NCBI GenBank assembly: GCA_050273025.1
Contig: CP158636.1
Span: forward strand, 10,602,001 to 10,666,000
Reading direction: 5' to 3'
From: Cenococcum geophilum
Taxonomy: Eukaryota
DNA length: 64,000 nucleotides
Shown here: positions 52,052-64,000 of the stretch, piece after piece
How positions within the stretch are numbered: position 1 is the first letter of the stretch
Layout: each line of letters begins with the position of its first letter
The notes under the pieces: generated by a model
What the model saw: the letters and a program-made list of their open reading frames with translations, nothing else
The model's database searches: none
What the model was told of the DNA's origin: nothing
Position numbers and translations under genes: made by a program

Positions 52052-52894
52052 TTCACAGTTCTAACAACGGCATCGAGGCAGTTGATGCGGGGCTCAGGAG
52101 GTGTGCAGTCGCGGTGCAGTCCACCATTGCTCCCCTTAGCCTACCTGAAGATATGGGGCGATGGAGTTGTGAGGCATCAAGCGTACATCGTGGTAAGACG
52201 ATGCTGGTGTTCTCTTCTCCCTGTTCGTCAGACCCAAACCGGGTCTGTTTCCGGCAGGCAGTTAAATATAGATATATCACGTGTTAAGTAACCTTGATGT
52301 TAAGTAACCTCGACGTTGCAGCGACGTCGCGTTTCAAATCTCTTCAATTTCACGCCTGCTGGCCTCCCATTCTACACCTCCTCGGGGCGAAGCGTCCGAC
52401 ACGCTCTCTCTTAAAACCTCTAAGCGCTCCGAGAGGGCGTTGAATTCCACCGCATTCATAGAAATCTGCAGCTAGCCTATTCCAGCTTTATCCTTGTCAA
52501 AAGCGAAACGCGGTTAGGCAGGCCGCGGGGCTGTGAAGGCTAGGCACCCAAGAAACCGCGACTGAGGACTGTGCCCCAGTTCCCTCCAAGAGTTGCTGCT
52601 GGACTGCTGCCTCTTGCAACTACTTATTCTGCGAATTAGCGCTCAAGCTGAGTTAATCCTCCAACCGCTTACGTAGCCGTGACTGCAGCCATAGCAACCC
52701 TTCAACCTGCTATGCTTTCCCCAATCCAATCCAGGCCAACCAACATAGCCAACTGTAGAGATAACCGCCTGCGAGTCTATCACGAGAGTCTCCGCCATAC
52801 GCCCCTTTGAGGCACACTTCACCATATTTTCTGACGAAAAAACTCTATTACGCTAATATTCAACTCTATTCTGTTCTTCCGCAATTCATATCTA

Positions 52895-53217
52895 TCCCTT
52901 AACCCGCTGAAATTCGTGCACACGTTATCGATAAAGAACCAGCCAATCAGATCAATGCATTAAAATTGTCGAAATCGTCAATATATAAAGACTCGAAATC
53001 GGGCAGCTCCCATAGCTTAGGGGGTGGTTTTTTAGCAACCCAACTTGGTGGAACTTTGTATTAAGTCGGTTAAACAAGATCTATATCATTGGAAGTACGA
53101 TTAGAAGGCATAGTTGATGGTAATTAATTGATCAAATCTATGTAGGCTACACGCGTAGTTTTGATTCTGGTGTTCCGCACGGACCACCTGCTTTGTGCAC
53201 GCCAGCGGGTTAAGGGA
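52895..53217 (+). mobile_element. TCCCTTA-TIR MITE family copy
   Basis: TA|TCCCTTAACCCGCTG ... CAGCGGGTTAAGGGA|TA. Confidence 0.85.
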
Positions 53218-55056
53218 TAGATCCCCTCGTAAAGTTTTCCAGAGCCTCCTGAACGATAGGAAAGGAAGACAAAAACGCATAATTGTACTACCCCGCTATA
53301 TCTTTGGTATGGCAAATGGCATTTCTACTTACAATGCCTGTATAGGGAATATGATGTGCGAATATATTGAGTGGAACGAAGAGGTTCCTCCTCGGGTATT
53401 AAGTGCATGTGTGCCCTGCAAGGCCCGATTCTATCTTCCTTGTTTGCAGGAGTGTTGTGAATGGAATACAGAGATAATTAAGTTGGCATGGAAATGCCGG
53501 CTTAGTCGTGGTCTCGGGATCTGGTGCATTGACGAATTAGGACGAGGTCATTTCGGATGCTCGGCTCTCCTTCGCTCTTTGATCTGCTTCTATCCGTTCT
53601 TTTGGGCCATCGTCACCTCCAAAAGTTGTACATACCTCGTGTGTCGAAGTCCGAACTGCCCAGAAAATGGCGACGTGTTAAAAATTTAATATGCATAAGG
53701 ATTACCTTGGCAGCCCGTTACGGCTTCGGAAGATTTATATTTCTAAAAGTTACCATCTTGACACTCGCGACACACTGTCTACCATTGCTTTTAATGAAAC
53801 ACCTCCGAATCTTGGGGGGGACCTGTTTTTTACCTCAGACGCATAGAATCAATTAGCGGACGTACGTATATTCGCAAGCGGATATTGCTAACCTTTTTTG
53901 TTAAAAAGTTGATTTTATGGTCTGAGGGACTTTTCCAACGTTTCTTAACGTTTCTATATAAAGCAGTTACTCTTTTTAACGAAATTGATCTATAATTACC
54001 CCCGCAGCAGCTATTATTTTATAAATATTATTAAATTAATCTATAGAACTATTACTGATTCTTGTTTAATGTCTGATGCGGTCCTCCTGCGAGTCCATGC
54101 AGACGAATACCGTTGAGTTAGGTACAAAAAACCTCCAAGGAAGACGCGAGAGGTAATACAGTATACACCCCCCTAGGTAATACCTGTACTACATCAACGG
54201 GAGGAAAAATACTGTTAGGTCGCTGCTCTGAGACTCCCGTAGGGAGTGTCCTGATTGCCTATCCTGCCCTGTCTGCCGCTCGTACCATGCTTCCATTTGA
54301 ATTGAGAATACCGTGAAATTGATGTTATCCTGCCCTTGCTCCCATTTGAATGCCCTATATATGTGTGTATACGCCTGCGGTCCTCCTGCTTGCAGCATGA
54401 TTTCCACCCCAAAGGATCGGCGGGACGAATTTGAACTATTATAGAACTAGGTGTCTTGTCCTAGGGCCCCAACCTGGGTCTCCTATGCACATCCCCAGCC
54501 AAAGATGTAGAGGAAGACGAAATGCCGCGCGGGTAAGTTTAGTCTGTCGGGTAGGATGGGGAATGAGAGGCTCATCACAGGCCTTCCGGGGCGTATATGG
54601 TTCGGTTCGGTTGCCGTGCCGTGTAGGTGCCGTGTAGTGTAAGGTAGCCGTACGGGGGGAAGGGGGGACGCCGGAGGTGGATGCCGTTGATTCGAAGCTG
54701 TCAAATGCGTACAGACGTGATGGCCGTTTTTTGAAGCTTCCGTTGCTCACCCTCCCAGCGAAAAATTTCTCCACGCCACCACCACGTCGCAGCGCCGGCG
54801 CGCGCAGCTGCTGTACACACGTCTCTGAGTTTGCCCTGGTAGTCTAATGGCACGATCCTGATTGAACGCCAATAGTACAGCCAGGTTCCCGGGCTCCACC
54901 GCGTGGAGGTGCAGAGGCCGATTTCATGGAGCCCAATCTATAGAACTAGCTCTATAGTTAATAAACTTTTAGGCCTTATATATGCGCCTATTGCGACATT
55001 ATTGCGACATTATTATAACATTATACCTAAGTCTTGCGTATCGTCTAAGTTTGCTA

Positions 55057-55524
55057 TCCCTTAACCCGCCGACGTCTACTAGGTATATGGTCCGTGCGGA
55101 ACACCAGAATCAGAAGTACGCGTATAGCCTAAGTACACCCTCCTGTCACCTCCGGTGGTTAGCGCAGCCACGTCTGCACGGCCTTACTTTCCCTTAAACA
55201 GCAAAAATACCCAAAACTTCCCCTACAAAAAGGCCGTGCAGACGTGACTGCGCTAACCACCGGAGTTGACAGGAGGGTGTAAATTTGATCAATACAATAC
55301 TATCAAATATGCCTTCTAATAGTACTTCCAATGATATAGACCTTGTTCAGCCGACTCAATATAACGTTTAACCAAATAGGGTCGCTAAAAGCCCACCACC
55401 AGAGCCGTGGCCGCTGCCCGATTTACAACGGCTTTATATTTCTAATCACGACGATTCGATTACATTAATCTTATTGGTTGGTTCTTATCGATACCGAGTG
55501 GACGAATTTCGGCGGGTTAAGGGA
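55057..55524 (-). mobile_element. TCCCTTA-TIR MITE family copy carrying a nested MITE
   Basis: TA|TCCCTTAACCCGCCGA ... TCGGCGGGTTAAGGGA|TA; longer than sister copies by the 55136-55279 insert. Confidence 0.85.
55136..55279. mobile_element. 144-bp Tc1/mariner-type MITE with ~50-bp TIRs, TA TSD
   Basis: TA|CACCCTCCTGTCA..GCACGGCC and GGCCGTGC..TGACAGGAGGGTG|TA. Confidence 0.85.
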
Positions 55525-55526
55525 TA

Positions 55527-55813
55527 TATAATCTTTAACGAAATTATTAAAGCCACCTACGTAAGGTCTGGGGCTGTATATGGGCTTACAATAATCACAA
55601 GAACTAGCTCTATAATCGATGGATTTTTAGGCCCTATATATATACCCATTGCGACGTTATAGCTATTTCTATAATCCTTAATAACGGTTTTTTTTTGCGA
55701 AAATAATCTTAACTTTAGGCAGTCGTTGGCTAATTTAGACCCGATATTTACAAAATATCGGGTTACCTCTCTAATTAATGAACTTTTAGTAGTATTTTAA
55801 CCCGTCGTGGTTA
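55527..55813. repeat. ~290-bp TE-derived repeat, inverted copy of 17390-17678
   Basis: Manual alignment to the reverse complement of 17390-17678. Confidence 0.85.
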
Positions 55814-56349
55814 AGCGATTTATTAATTTATATTGGGAAAGTTGTAAAAAATGTCGGAGCTGGTAACAAACGATTTCGATGGTTACCTCAGCGAGCTCAG
55901 ACGCTATTTTTTAGCTAGCATCGGAATAACCTACGCCGTCTTCCGAATTGCAAAATCACGTTTGAGAGGGTTTGGCGAGTTTTGTTAAAAGCATAAGCAA
56001 AATCCGTAAAACGGATATTGCGGATATCTAATTTATTCATTCATATAACGCGTTATTATTACCAAAAGTTAATACAATATTTTTAAGACCTAGGGCTTCT
56101 AAATGGTACGAATTTTATAATACGGCTATTGCTTAGTCCTGACATTAATTTCGTTAAAGTTAAAAAACGCGTTGCTAAAAGCATAAGCACATATTATATC
56201 TTATTAAATAGTCTACTAATATAGATAAAACTATACAGATGTATAGATATCTACTACTCAAAGCTATTGCAACACTTAGTAGGTGCTATAGTTGGGTCCT
56301 TTCTTGAAAATATCCTCCTTTAGCCCGGAGTGCCTCTACTACTACTAGG

Positions 56350-56960
56350 GGTAAGCTTTGAGTAGAGCCTTGTGTAGAGCCTTAGTAGAGCTTCGTGCAG
56401 AGCCTTAGTAGAGCTTCGTGCAGAGCTTCGTGCAGAGCTTCGTGCAAAGCCTCGTGCAGAGCCACGTACAGGCGTGCAGACGTGTAAATGTGCAGACGTG
56501 CAGACGTGTAGATGTGCAGACGTGCAGACGTTCGTACGGGCGATCGATTGCAGAGACGTTTGTAGAGACGGGCGTTCGTACGGGCAATTGTAGAACCTTC
56601 CTAGTATATTAGTGCTGCGTGTTAGTAGAGCTTTTACAGAGCTTCGTGCGGAGCTTCGTGCAGAGCCTTGTGTAGAGCTTTGGTAGAGCTTCGTGCAGAA
56701 CTTAATGCAGAGCTTCGTGCAGAGCTCCTTGCAGAGCTTCGTGTAGAGCTTCGTGCAGAGCTTCGAGCAGAGCTTCATGCAGAGATTCGAGCAGAGATTC
56801 GAGCAGAGCTTCGTGCAGAGCTTCGAGCAGAGCTTCGAGCGGAGCTTCGTGCGGAGCCTCGTGCAGGGCTTTTGCAGAGCTTTGGTAGAGCTCCGTGCAG
56901 AGCTCCGTGCAGGTCTCCCCCTGAGCTTCGTTCCGCAGAGCTCTCGCAAAGCTCCACAGC
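56350..56960. repeat. 12-bp minisatellite (GCAGAGCTTCGT)n with an internal GCAGACGT-type subarray
   Basis: Direct reading; accounts for the overlapping AELR/QSFV/ARSS ORFs. Confidence 0.9.
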
Positions 56961-57542
56961 TCTACGCAGAGGGCTGGCGGCGTGGGCGTGGACGTAAGCG
57001 TTCAGCGTTGGTGTTTACTGAGCGGCTCGGCGGTGCAGAGGTAGAATTGGGGCGTCTACGGCGACGAATTCCTCTTAACGTCGCGCGCGTATAAGGAGCT
57101 AAAGATCTTATAACTTATAGAGTAGGCTTTTCTCTATAATTTGGTGTAATTTTTATGTCGACAGGTGTTATAGAAGGGTAGATTAATTTCGTTAAAGTTA
57201 ATAAGGTCTTCTCATATAAACCGTGTTTAAGAAAACGATTGCCGTCCTAAATCAGCCTAGCGGACGGTGCGGATATTCCTATATCCGCACAATCGATTTC
57301 TTGGTCTGAGCTTCTGAGGTAATTTCGATGGAGCACCACGAACATGGTTAGTCACCCGCTTGCGAGCCGATTGACTCCGCATCAACGGAATCACGTCTGA
57401 GCTTGCTGAGATAAATCTGTTTTATTGCTGGCAACAGAGGCTGTGTCAACGATGTCTCTGAAAAAAGTTGGTCCGAGACATGTAAGAATGAACGCCAGGT
57501 TTCAGATCATGGTTCGGGATGAAGTTCAAATAACCTTCTGTA

Positions 57543-57850
57543 CGGAGGTCCTAACAAAAGTTCTTGCACCTTCCTAATTAGGAAGTTTCAAACTGACGTA
57601 CGCGCAAGCACAGGTGCGTATTTTACAGCCTACGTAGCGTATACTAGAGTCTACACAGCGTATATTAAGGCACGCAAACTTTAAATATTAATTTACTGGC
57701 CTAATACTATATATAATAAAATTTCCCTCTTAGATTTTTAATTTATACTTAGTAAGATAATATATAAAAATACAAAAAGCAGTAATAAGTATTATTATTC
57801 CTAAAACTTCCTAATTAGGAAGGTGCAAGAACTTTTGTTAGGGACCTCCG
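57543..57850. mobile_element. Tc1/mariner-type MITE, ~45-bp TIRs, TA TSD
   Basis: TA|CGGAGGTCCTAACAAAAGTTCTTGCACCTTCCTAATTAGGAAGTTT ... reverse complement ending GACCTCCG|TA. Confidence 0.85.
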
Positions 57851-57975
57851 TAGAACCACAGGCCTTTTAAAAGCAAGCCTCACCATATTCAGCTATCGTG
57901 TTACTTCTATTCGCTAATGTATCGGCTATCCATCTGCCCGGCGTTATGCGAGTCTGACTGAAACAACGCGTACTA

Positions 57976-58297
57976 TCCCTTAGCACGTCAATTCGGGTCC
58001 AACCCTTATCGATAAGATCTAGCCAATCAATTGATCTGCATTCAACGCCCGTACTCAGGAATATGAAGCCCCCGATGGAGGCAAACACCGTAGTGTTTTA
58101 ATATATAAGCTTATTCTTTGGAGCTAAGTCGCTTAATACAAGGCTTCCAGTATTTATTCCTTCTATAGAAATACTAGCACGACTAGAAAGCACTACAGTG
58201 AGTATTTAATTGCTGGAATCTATATATGTACTCGTCGTTTTAAAAACAGTGTTCCTGCACGGACCACGTACTCGTTGGACGCTGACGTGCTAAGGGA
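57976..58297 (+). mobile_element. TCCCTTA-TIR MITE family copy (diverged)
   Basis: TA|TCCCTTAGCACGTCA ... TGACGTGCTAAGGGA|TA; keeps CTTATCGATAAG and GCACGGACCAC. Confidence 0.8.
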
Positions 58298-59205
58298 TAC
58301 CCCGTATCAGTAAGCCATCAAATCCTGCGGTTGGGATCTCTCAAGCACTGCCGTTCAATCGTCATCATTTTTCGGACCCGAAAATTCAAGAAAAGCAGTC
58401 ATCTATTTTCAGATCTTGTACAGATAAGCGTGCCGTGTATGCAACGCAGAGGAGAGTTATTATTATTCCCACGTAATTCGGCGCATAATTCTACCAACAT
58501 CCATGTGTTGAATTAGTTAGAAGTTGCCAGTGGGCTTTCGTAATTATGTATTTGTGAACGACTCCAGGCCTTTGGCATGCCTTACAAATAATTGTAGTAG
58601 GGTCTTAAGGAATCCTTTGTTTACCTGAGCTGAAGCCCCTGCGAGAGTCCAAGGTCAGGATATTTTGAGAACAATCAAAGGGATCGCCTCTTAACCCCAG
58701 GTCCTATATTCTTTATTTCTCCAAGAAAACGTAAACACTATTTGTTTACTTCGAGAAATATGTGATACTGTTTTGATAACTCGGCGAACAGCGGGTCTGA
58801 CGAGCAATATCACTGATATTGAAAATCATGACTAGATTTTTTTTTTAAATCAAGTCGATATTGGACGCAAATCCGACCCAAAAAATATATTGTAGATCAA
58901 TAAGTGATACTATTTGATTTGATCATACATAACAACCCACGCAGATCCCCAGCACCCGACATTCAGGATATGATACTCATGACTACAAACTCTCAGGCAC
59001 ACATTCGTACAAAAAGCCTTCATTACTTTGGTATCGTCATAGCTATTCGTGCCTATCCTAAACCTACAGCTACAAAACGGCAAATAAGCAAGAAACTCCC
59101 TCGCCTCGACCTGAAAGCATACTTTCAGAAACAGGCTAACTCAGATACTTCCTACGGTTAGATTGAACTTAGCATTCCTCTTCTTCCTCTCGAAAAACTT
59201 CACTC

Positions 59206-60352
59206 TCACTTGTGGCCCTGTTCTCCAGAAAGTTCGGCTGCCATGGGTTTGGCCTCAGGGACCTGCTGATTTACAAGCACAGGCATCCTTTCTTGAGTAG
59301 CACCATTATAACTGTACTGGGTGTACTGGGAAGGTTGGATCTCTTGGGGTGGAGGAGAGCCTACTGGAGTGTGTTGGTACTGAGGCGCAGGTGTCATTGG
59401 ATTCAGAGACCCGGGCTGATACCCCTGTTGTGGATATTGATTTTGGGGTGGGTACTGTGGACTGAGCGCTGGCTGCTGGTATGCGGCCGCGCCAGGCTTG
59501 TAGTCTGTGGTTTGTTGTGGTTGCGGTGCTGACGCTGGAGTCTTCTTTTTCCGGAGAAGGAAGAAGAGGAGCGCGCCGAGCAAGGCAAGACCGACCAAAG
59601 GCCCAACTACAGCACCAGCGATCCAGGCTTGAGATTTCTTGCCAGATGGAGTAGGCACCGGTGATGTGCTGGTTGCTGTGGGACTGCTGTTGGTCGAGCT
59701 AGGAGTAGTGCTTGACTCGCTGGAACCTAGAATTTAAACAGGTGAACACTTTGGATCTATACAGGGTAAGGGGCGTCCTTACTTGTTGCTGAAGTTGGTA
59801 TCTGCCTGTAATATGACCAGTTCACTGGAGAGTTGCCGCAAACTATGTCGGTGTGGGGGTTGGAGTCGGCAGTATTCTCATAAATGAATATCGTATTGCA
59901 AATCGACCAGGCAAGATTGTCATAATTATCGGTGCTAAAGGCAAATGTTAATCCATCTCCAGCCGTGCTAAGAAGGACAACGATACCAAGCTACTGTTGT
60001 CACGGTTCCAGACCGTGGATAGATCTGAGAGCCGCTTATACAGCCAGTTGGCGCGATGCAAGACGCGACAGTTGTCGGACAACATTGCGCATAGTTTCCA
60101 GACTGATACCACGTGAGGCCTGAATTACAATCAAGTGATGTCCCTGAAAAGAGTATTAGTTTCTCATGAACGGACTGCCTAGTTCTTAGACTTACAGGTT
60201 CCATTAGTACTAAAATACCCCATAAATGCCGCATCATTCTGTCTTTGAAGAATAGGTGCGGGTGTGATTTGAGCTTCAGGGGCAGGGACTGCATTTGCTG
60301 TTGCCCTCCACACCGAGGTGGAGAGCAGTGCAAGAGATATAGTCAACGCCAT
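59206..60352 (-). CDS. Single-pass membrane protein with Cys-rich ectodomain and Ser/Thr stalk (multi-exon)
   Basis: Signal MALTISLALL..; CNSG..QCCP..CIAPTGC; S/T tract; TM AWIAGAVVGPLVGLALLGALLFFLLRKKK; P/Q/Y-rich tail ending AELSG. Confidence 0.8.
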
Positions 60353-61799
60353 TAGAGTTTCTGAGAGCAAAACAGGCAGAAAAGAGATCGAGACACCAGG
60401 GATACAAATGCTTAAGAGGAGCCCAGTGCTAATCTAAGCACTTACGGACCCCGTTAATTAGACGGCTTAAAAGTCGGGGCGGATCCTATGTGGATGGGCT
60501 ACTGCCCAGACTTCCATAGTCGAAAGGATTTGGGTTGGACGAATCAATGATGGGAAAGCTCTGACCGTCAGAGCGGCCCCGGTGGTGTTCCGCGAGAGGA
60601 TAGTGCGTGCCCAGACCACTCGGCAAGGCTGGGGTGTGCATCTTTTGACGAGAGCTGAACGCTTAGTTTGTGCGAAACAGGCCTCCCGTGTCTTCCGCTG
60701 CGTTTCCGCATTCCAAAAATACGACAACTCGCGGCCTTCCCCAAATATAGTGGCTGCATATCACGGCCAAATGTCTCAGCCTCCCATTGGCCGAAGAAGC
60801 TTACATCTCAGCCTTGCTAATCTTGGCAGAGACCCTCGAATGCCACAGTACATGTCGGGCAAGCTAAAATGCTCAAAGGTGGAAGAGGAACGCATCTAGG
60901 TTGACGCTCCTCCATTTAAACTCTGAGTCTCGCCATGCAGAAATCTGTGAAGTGTATTGGAACATGGGCAGATGGTATGATCGTTGGCTGAGAATAGCGT
61001 CTTGGCATTTTCTGTGCTGTCGCTTATTACTTGTTTTTGTGGTACCAAGCGTTGGTTGATTGATCTATCTACAGCTTTGTTCATGACCAGCTTCCACCCC
61101 CCCTCACTGGCAAAAATTTATTTCGCTACGTGCACGCAAGGACCTTTTTGGTTGCCCTGGAGATTCGCCTTGGTTAGCTAGGAGAATCAAATTAAAAACG
61201 TACGCTTCCTTCTCCCCCTTAACTATGCCTCCGTTGTAGCCGCCAAAACGCGAAACAACGCTGTTTCTGTAGTTACCGATGAAATTTGGCAATATTGTAC
61301 GGTGGAAACCTCACGATATTTGATAAAGATCACGATACTGTGGAAAAAGGCCGATCGCAAGTCCGCCAGAAGCAAGGTTCTTGTAGCCAAGCGTACGGCT
61401 TCGCTACAATTACTATGTACAGCTGGTGGCAACGAAGCGAGATTGGATGCGAATTTGAAATTTTAGAGCACTCGCTCAAAGGGGGGCAAAGCTGTACGAA
61501 GGCGCCGGCAAAAAGTAATCGGACACCGCTACTTAGCGAAAAAACCCAACCCCACCAAAATTTGACTTTTTTCGCGCCTACAGCCTGTTGCACGACCAGC
61601 TTCACCCCCTCCCCTTAGCGAGTTGCAGATTCGGTACGGGCATCCAATTTCGCCTGACCGCCACCAACTGTACATAGTAATTGAAGCGAAGCCATATGCT
61701 TAGCTGTAAGAACCTAAACCTATCCACGATCGATCTTCTTCTGTGGTGTTATAATCGTTGTCAAATATTATAAGGTTTCTACCTACCCTCTACCTGTAG

Positions 61800-62321
61800 T
61801 ATAGCTCCGCGAATAGGCCCATATTAGTACGCTCTAATTAAGAATCTTCTTTAACTTAGAGCAACTCGAGCAGAGTATGCCTCCGCCGCTAGTTATACAA
61901 TTTGCTTAATTGCCTCCATTAGAAGAAACCTACAAGTCTTTAGCTTAACTTAAGCACCTTTAAACGGCGAAGGCGGCCAGTTCCTATTAAGCGATCCGAT
62001 GATTATAATAATACTAATATAGCTAGAGGAGAAGCCAACTCTCTTTAGTGACGAGTTGTAGTGGCTAATCTATAATACGTTTAATGTTATAGTAAGCCGC
62101 TATATAATATTTTAAGAGCTCTATTTAGCTGGCTAGATAAGAAAGTAGGTAAGCTAATTAAATCCTCTAATATAGAGCTTAAAAAGTAACTTATATAAAG
62201 AAGTGTTAGCAGGTAGCCCTTAAACATAGCGCTTACGATCGCGATATATATTTTACAATTATATTATAGTATACCGCCAATTAACTAGTATTTATAGATA
62301 AGTTAGGTACGGATTCGAAGA
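61800..62321 (+). mobile_element. RIP-mutated Tc1/IS630-type transposase remnant, interrupted by the Gypsy LTR
   Basis: IRRNLQVF..AP.NGEGG..LEEKPTLFSDEL*WLIY..F.V.VS..GW.RK (HTH region), then LVFID(E)(S)G.D immediately before the LTR. Confidence 0.7.
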
Positions 62322-64000
62322 TGTTAGCGACTTAGTTAATTGAGACATAAGCACGGCAAAAGGGTCGCGCAAGCCTGTACGATTGGATTGTCTATAAACG
62401 AGAATCTAAAGCTAGGGAAAGGAAAGGAGAAGAAGAGCAGCGCCGTTCGGTGTTTTATAAGATCTTCGCGTCACGTGATCGCAATATACGGCAATCTGTG
62501 GCAACTTGCCGGTGTAATATTCTGCTAGTGCCGTAATATTACCCCCCCCCTCTAAAAAAGCCTGCCCTTAGGCTTTGTCGCTAAAAGTCTTAATAAGGGA
62601 ATCTAACTAATTAGATAACTTTGACCGCTGGTTAAAGTTCCTAAATATCTTAATACCTTATATAACTAAGAAATTTCTAGGGTGTTTTTGTTCTTATATT
62701 CTTCTAATAGCTTATTATCTTTATTATACTAGCATTCTATCTACTTATCTAGGTACTTTAGCGGTCTAGGTTTATTAGGGTAATAGCTATAAAACTTTTA
62801 AAGCTTATAGGGACTACCTATAAAGTTCTATATAGGGTACTAAGTGGGGTCTAGGTTATATCCTTTCCAACTAATATAATACTTTAATATTCCCTTTATA
62901 AGTTTATAGGCTAGCATTTCTTTAATTTCCTATTTATTATTACTATTAACTTAAATTAGTAGGGGAGGTTTATTCTTTTATCTAGGTAGTAGGTTATTTA
63001 TAGCTTTCTATAGCTTATTTAGTAAGAAAATAGGGTAAACTTTAATTAAGTCTAGGAGCTTAACCTTATACGAGTTACCTACTTTATTAAGGATCTTATA
63101 GTTTAGCTTATGGCTAGGCCGTTTTATCTTTTAGTTTTTTGTTATAATCTAGACTATATCGCCTATAGTAAAGTTAGGCTCGCGCCTATACTTATTCGCC
63201 TACTGTTTTATTAATTTCTAGGCCTTTTTTAGGTTTATATAGGCTATTTTCTAGGCTTCTTCTAAGCGTTTAGTGTACTACTAGGCTTCCTTATAAGATA
63301 GTTTTTCGTGTATAGTTTAGGGCCCTTTTAGTCTTTCCTAGTCAAAGCTTATACGGGGTAGGTAACCCATTTCTAGTTAAATAGGGGCAAATCCGGTAAA
63401 GTCGTGGGGTAAGGTTACTTAGGCGTAGTCTATTAAGGGTAATAGTTTAGCCTAGTTATCCTAGAAGTAGTTAACGAAAGGCTAAAGTTTTTGGTCTAAG
63501 TATTAATTCACAATCTCCATTTAACCGTCTATTTAGGGGTAATATGCCGTAAAAAGCTTTAGCTTAATGCCTAAGATCTAGGTAAACTTATTTTAAAAGG
63601 CTAATATAAACTACGGCCTATAGTTAGATATAATAGTATCTAGTAGTCTGTAAATTTGGTAGATATAATAGATATATAGTTAGGCTGCCTCTTTAGCATT
63701 AATATTCTTATAATAGGGAATTAAGAATAGGCGCTTACTAAAGCGGTTAACTAGGATTATAACTATATTATATCTATTACGGTCTAGGGGTAGCTTATAA
63801 AAGTCTATAGAGATATATTACTAGGGGCGGTTAGGTATTAGGAGGGGTTTTAATAGTCCTAGGGTTTTATCTTGTAGAATTATAGACCTATAGTAGTTAT
63901 TACAGTTCTATATATAGCGGTTAATATCTATAATTATTTTAGGCTAGTAGTAGCGGTCGCTAATAATCCTGTAGGTTTTATTTTTTTTAGGGTAGGCCGT
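62322..64000 (-). mobile_element. Second copy of the Gypsy chromovirus (3' LTR 62322-62538, PPT, chromodomain, integrase); runs off the window
   Basis: Colinear with 18974-~20670 with independent RIP changes and a short deletion near 63100. Confidence 0.93.

Noticed and set aside
54189..54774. Possible coding fragment on the minus strand
   Set aside because: Short discontinuous ORFs with no family I can recognise; probably a TE-associated relic, not supportable as a gene.
56350..56960. CRISPR-like array, or a real AELR-repeat protein
   Set aside because: Repeats are contiguous 12-mers without unique spacers, the context is eukaryotic, and the ORFs follow from repeat periodicity.

Overview
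Eukaryotic DNA from a filamentous ascomycete (Pezizomycotina), judged from spliceosomal introns with CTRAY branch sites and strong RIP signatures. Two gene-containing arms flank a ~21 kb AT-rich RIP-mutated transposon nest (~18.6-39.7 kb), and a second RIP block starts near 61.7 kb. Genes: T5orf172/Mug113-type nuclease-domain protein (5'-partial), multi-exon dynamin-like GTPase, GH5 exo-beta-1,3-glucanase, GPI-anchored Ser/Thr-rich wall protein, PD-(D/E)XK nuclease-like protein, a frameshifted membrane glycoprotein, a TPR remnant, a Zn2Cys6-like regulator, a Bax-inhibitor/GHITM protein, an aldehyde-reductase pseudogene, an 80-aa secreted Cys-rich peptide missed by the ORF track, a CAAX-ending propeller protein and a single-pass membrane protein. 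The core of the nest (18974-36740) resolves with target-site duplications. A chromodomain Gypsy element carries two full-length GalEa-type Copia elements inserted 53 bp apart, head-to-head, in its RT, giving a ~12.3 kb quasi-palindrome. There is also a solo LTR and a truncated third Copia. The most unusual signal is that the Gypsy and Copia families share an ~84-bp hairpin-containing block at the end of pol, plus U3 motifs in their LTRs, suggesting module exchange between the two superfamilies. Several MITE families are also present. All calls come from reading the sequence by eye; no searches were run.
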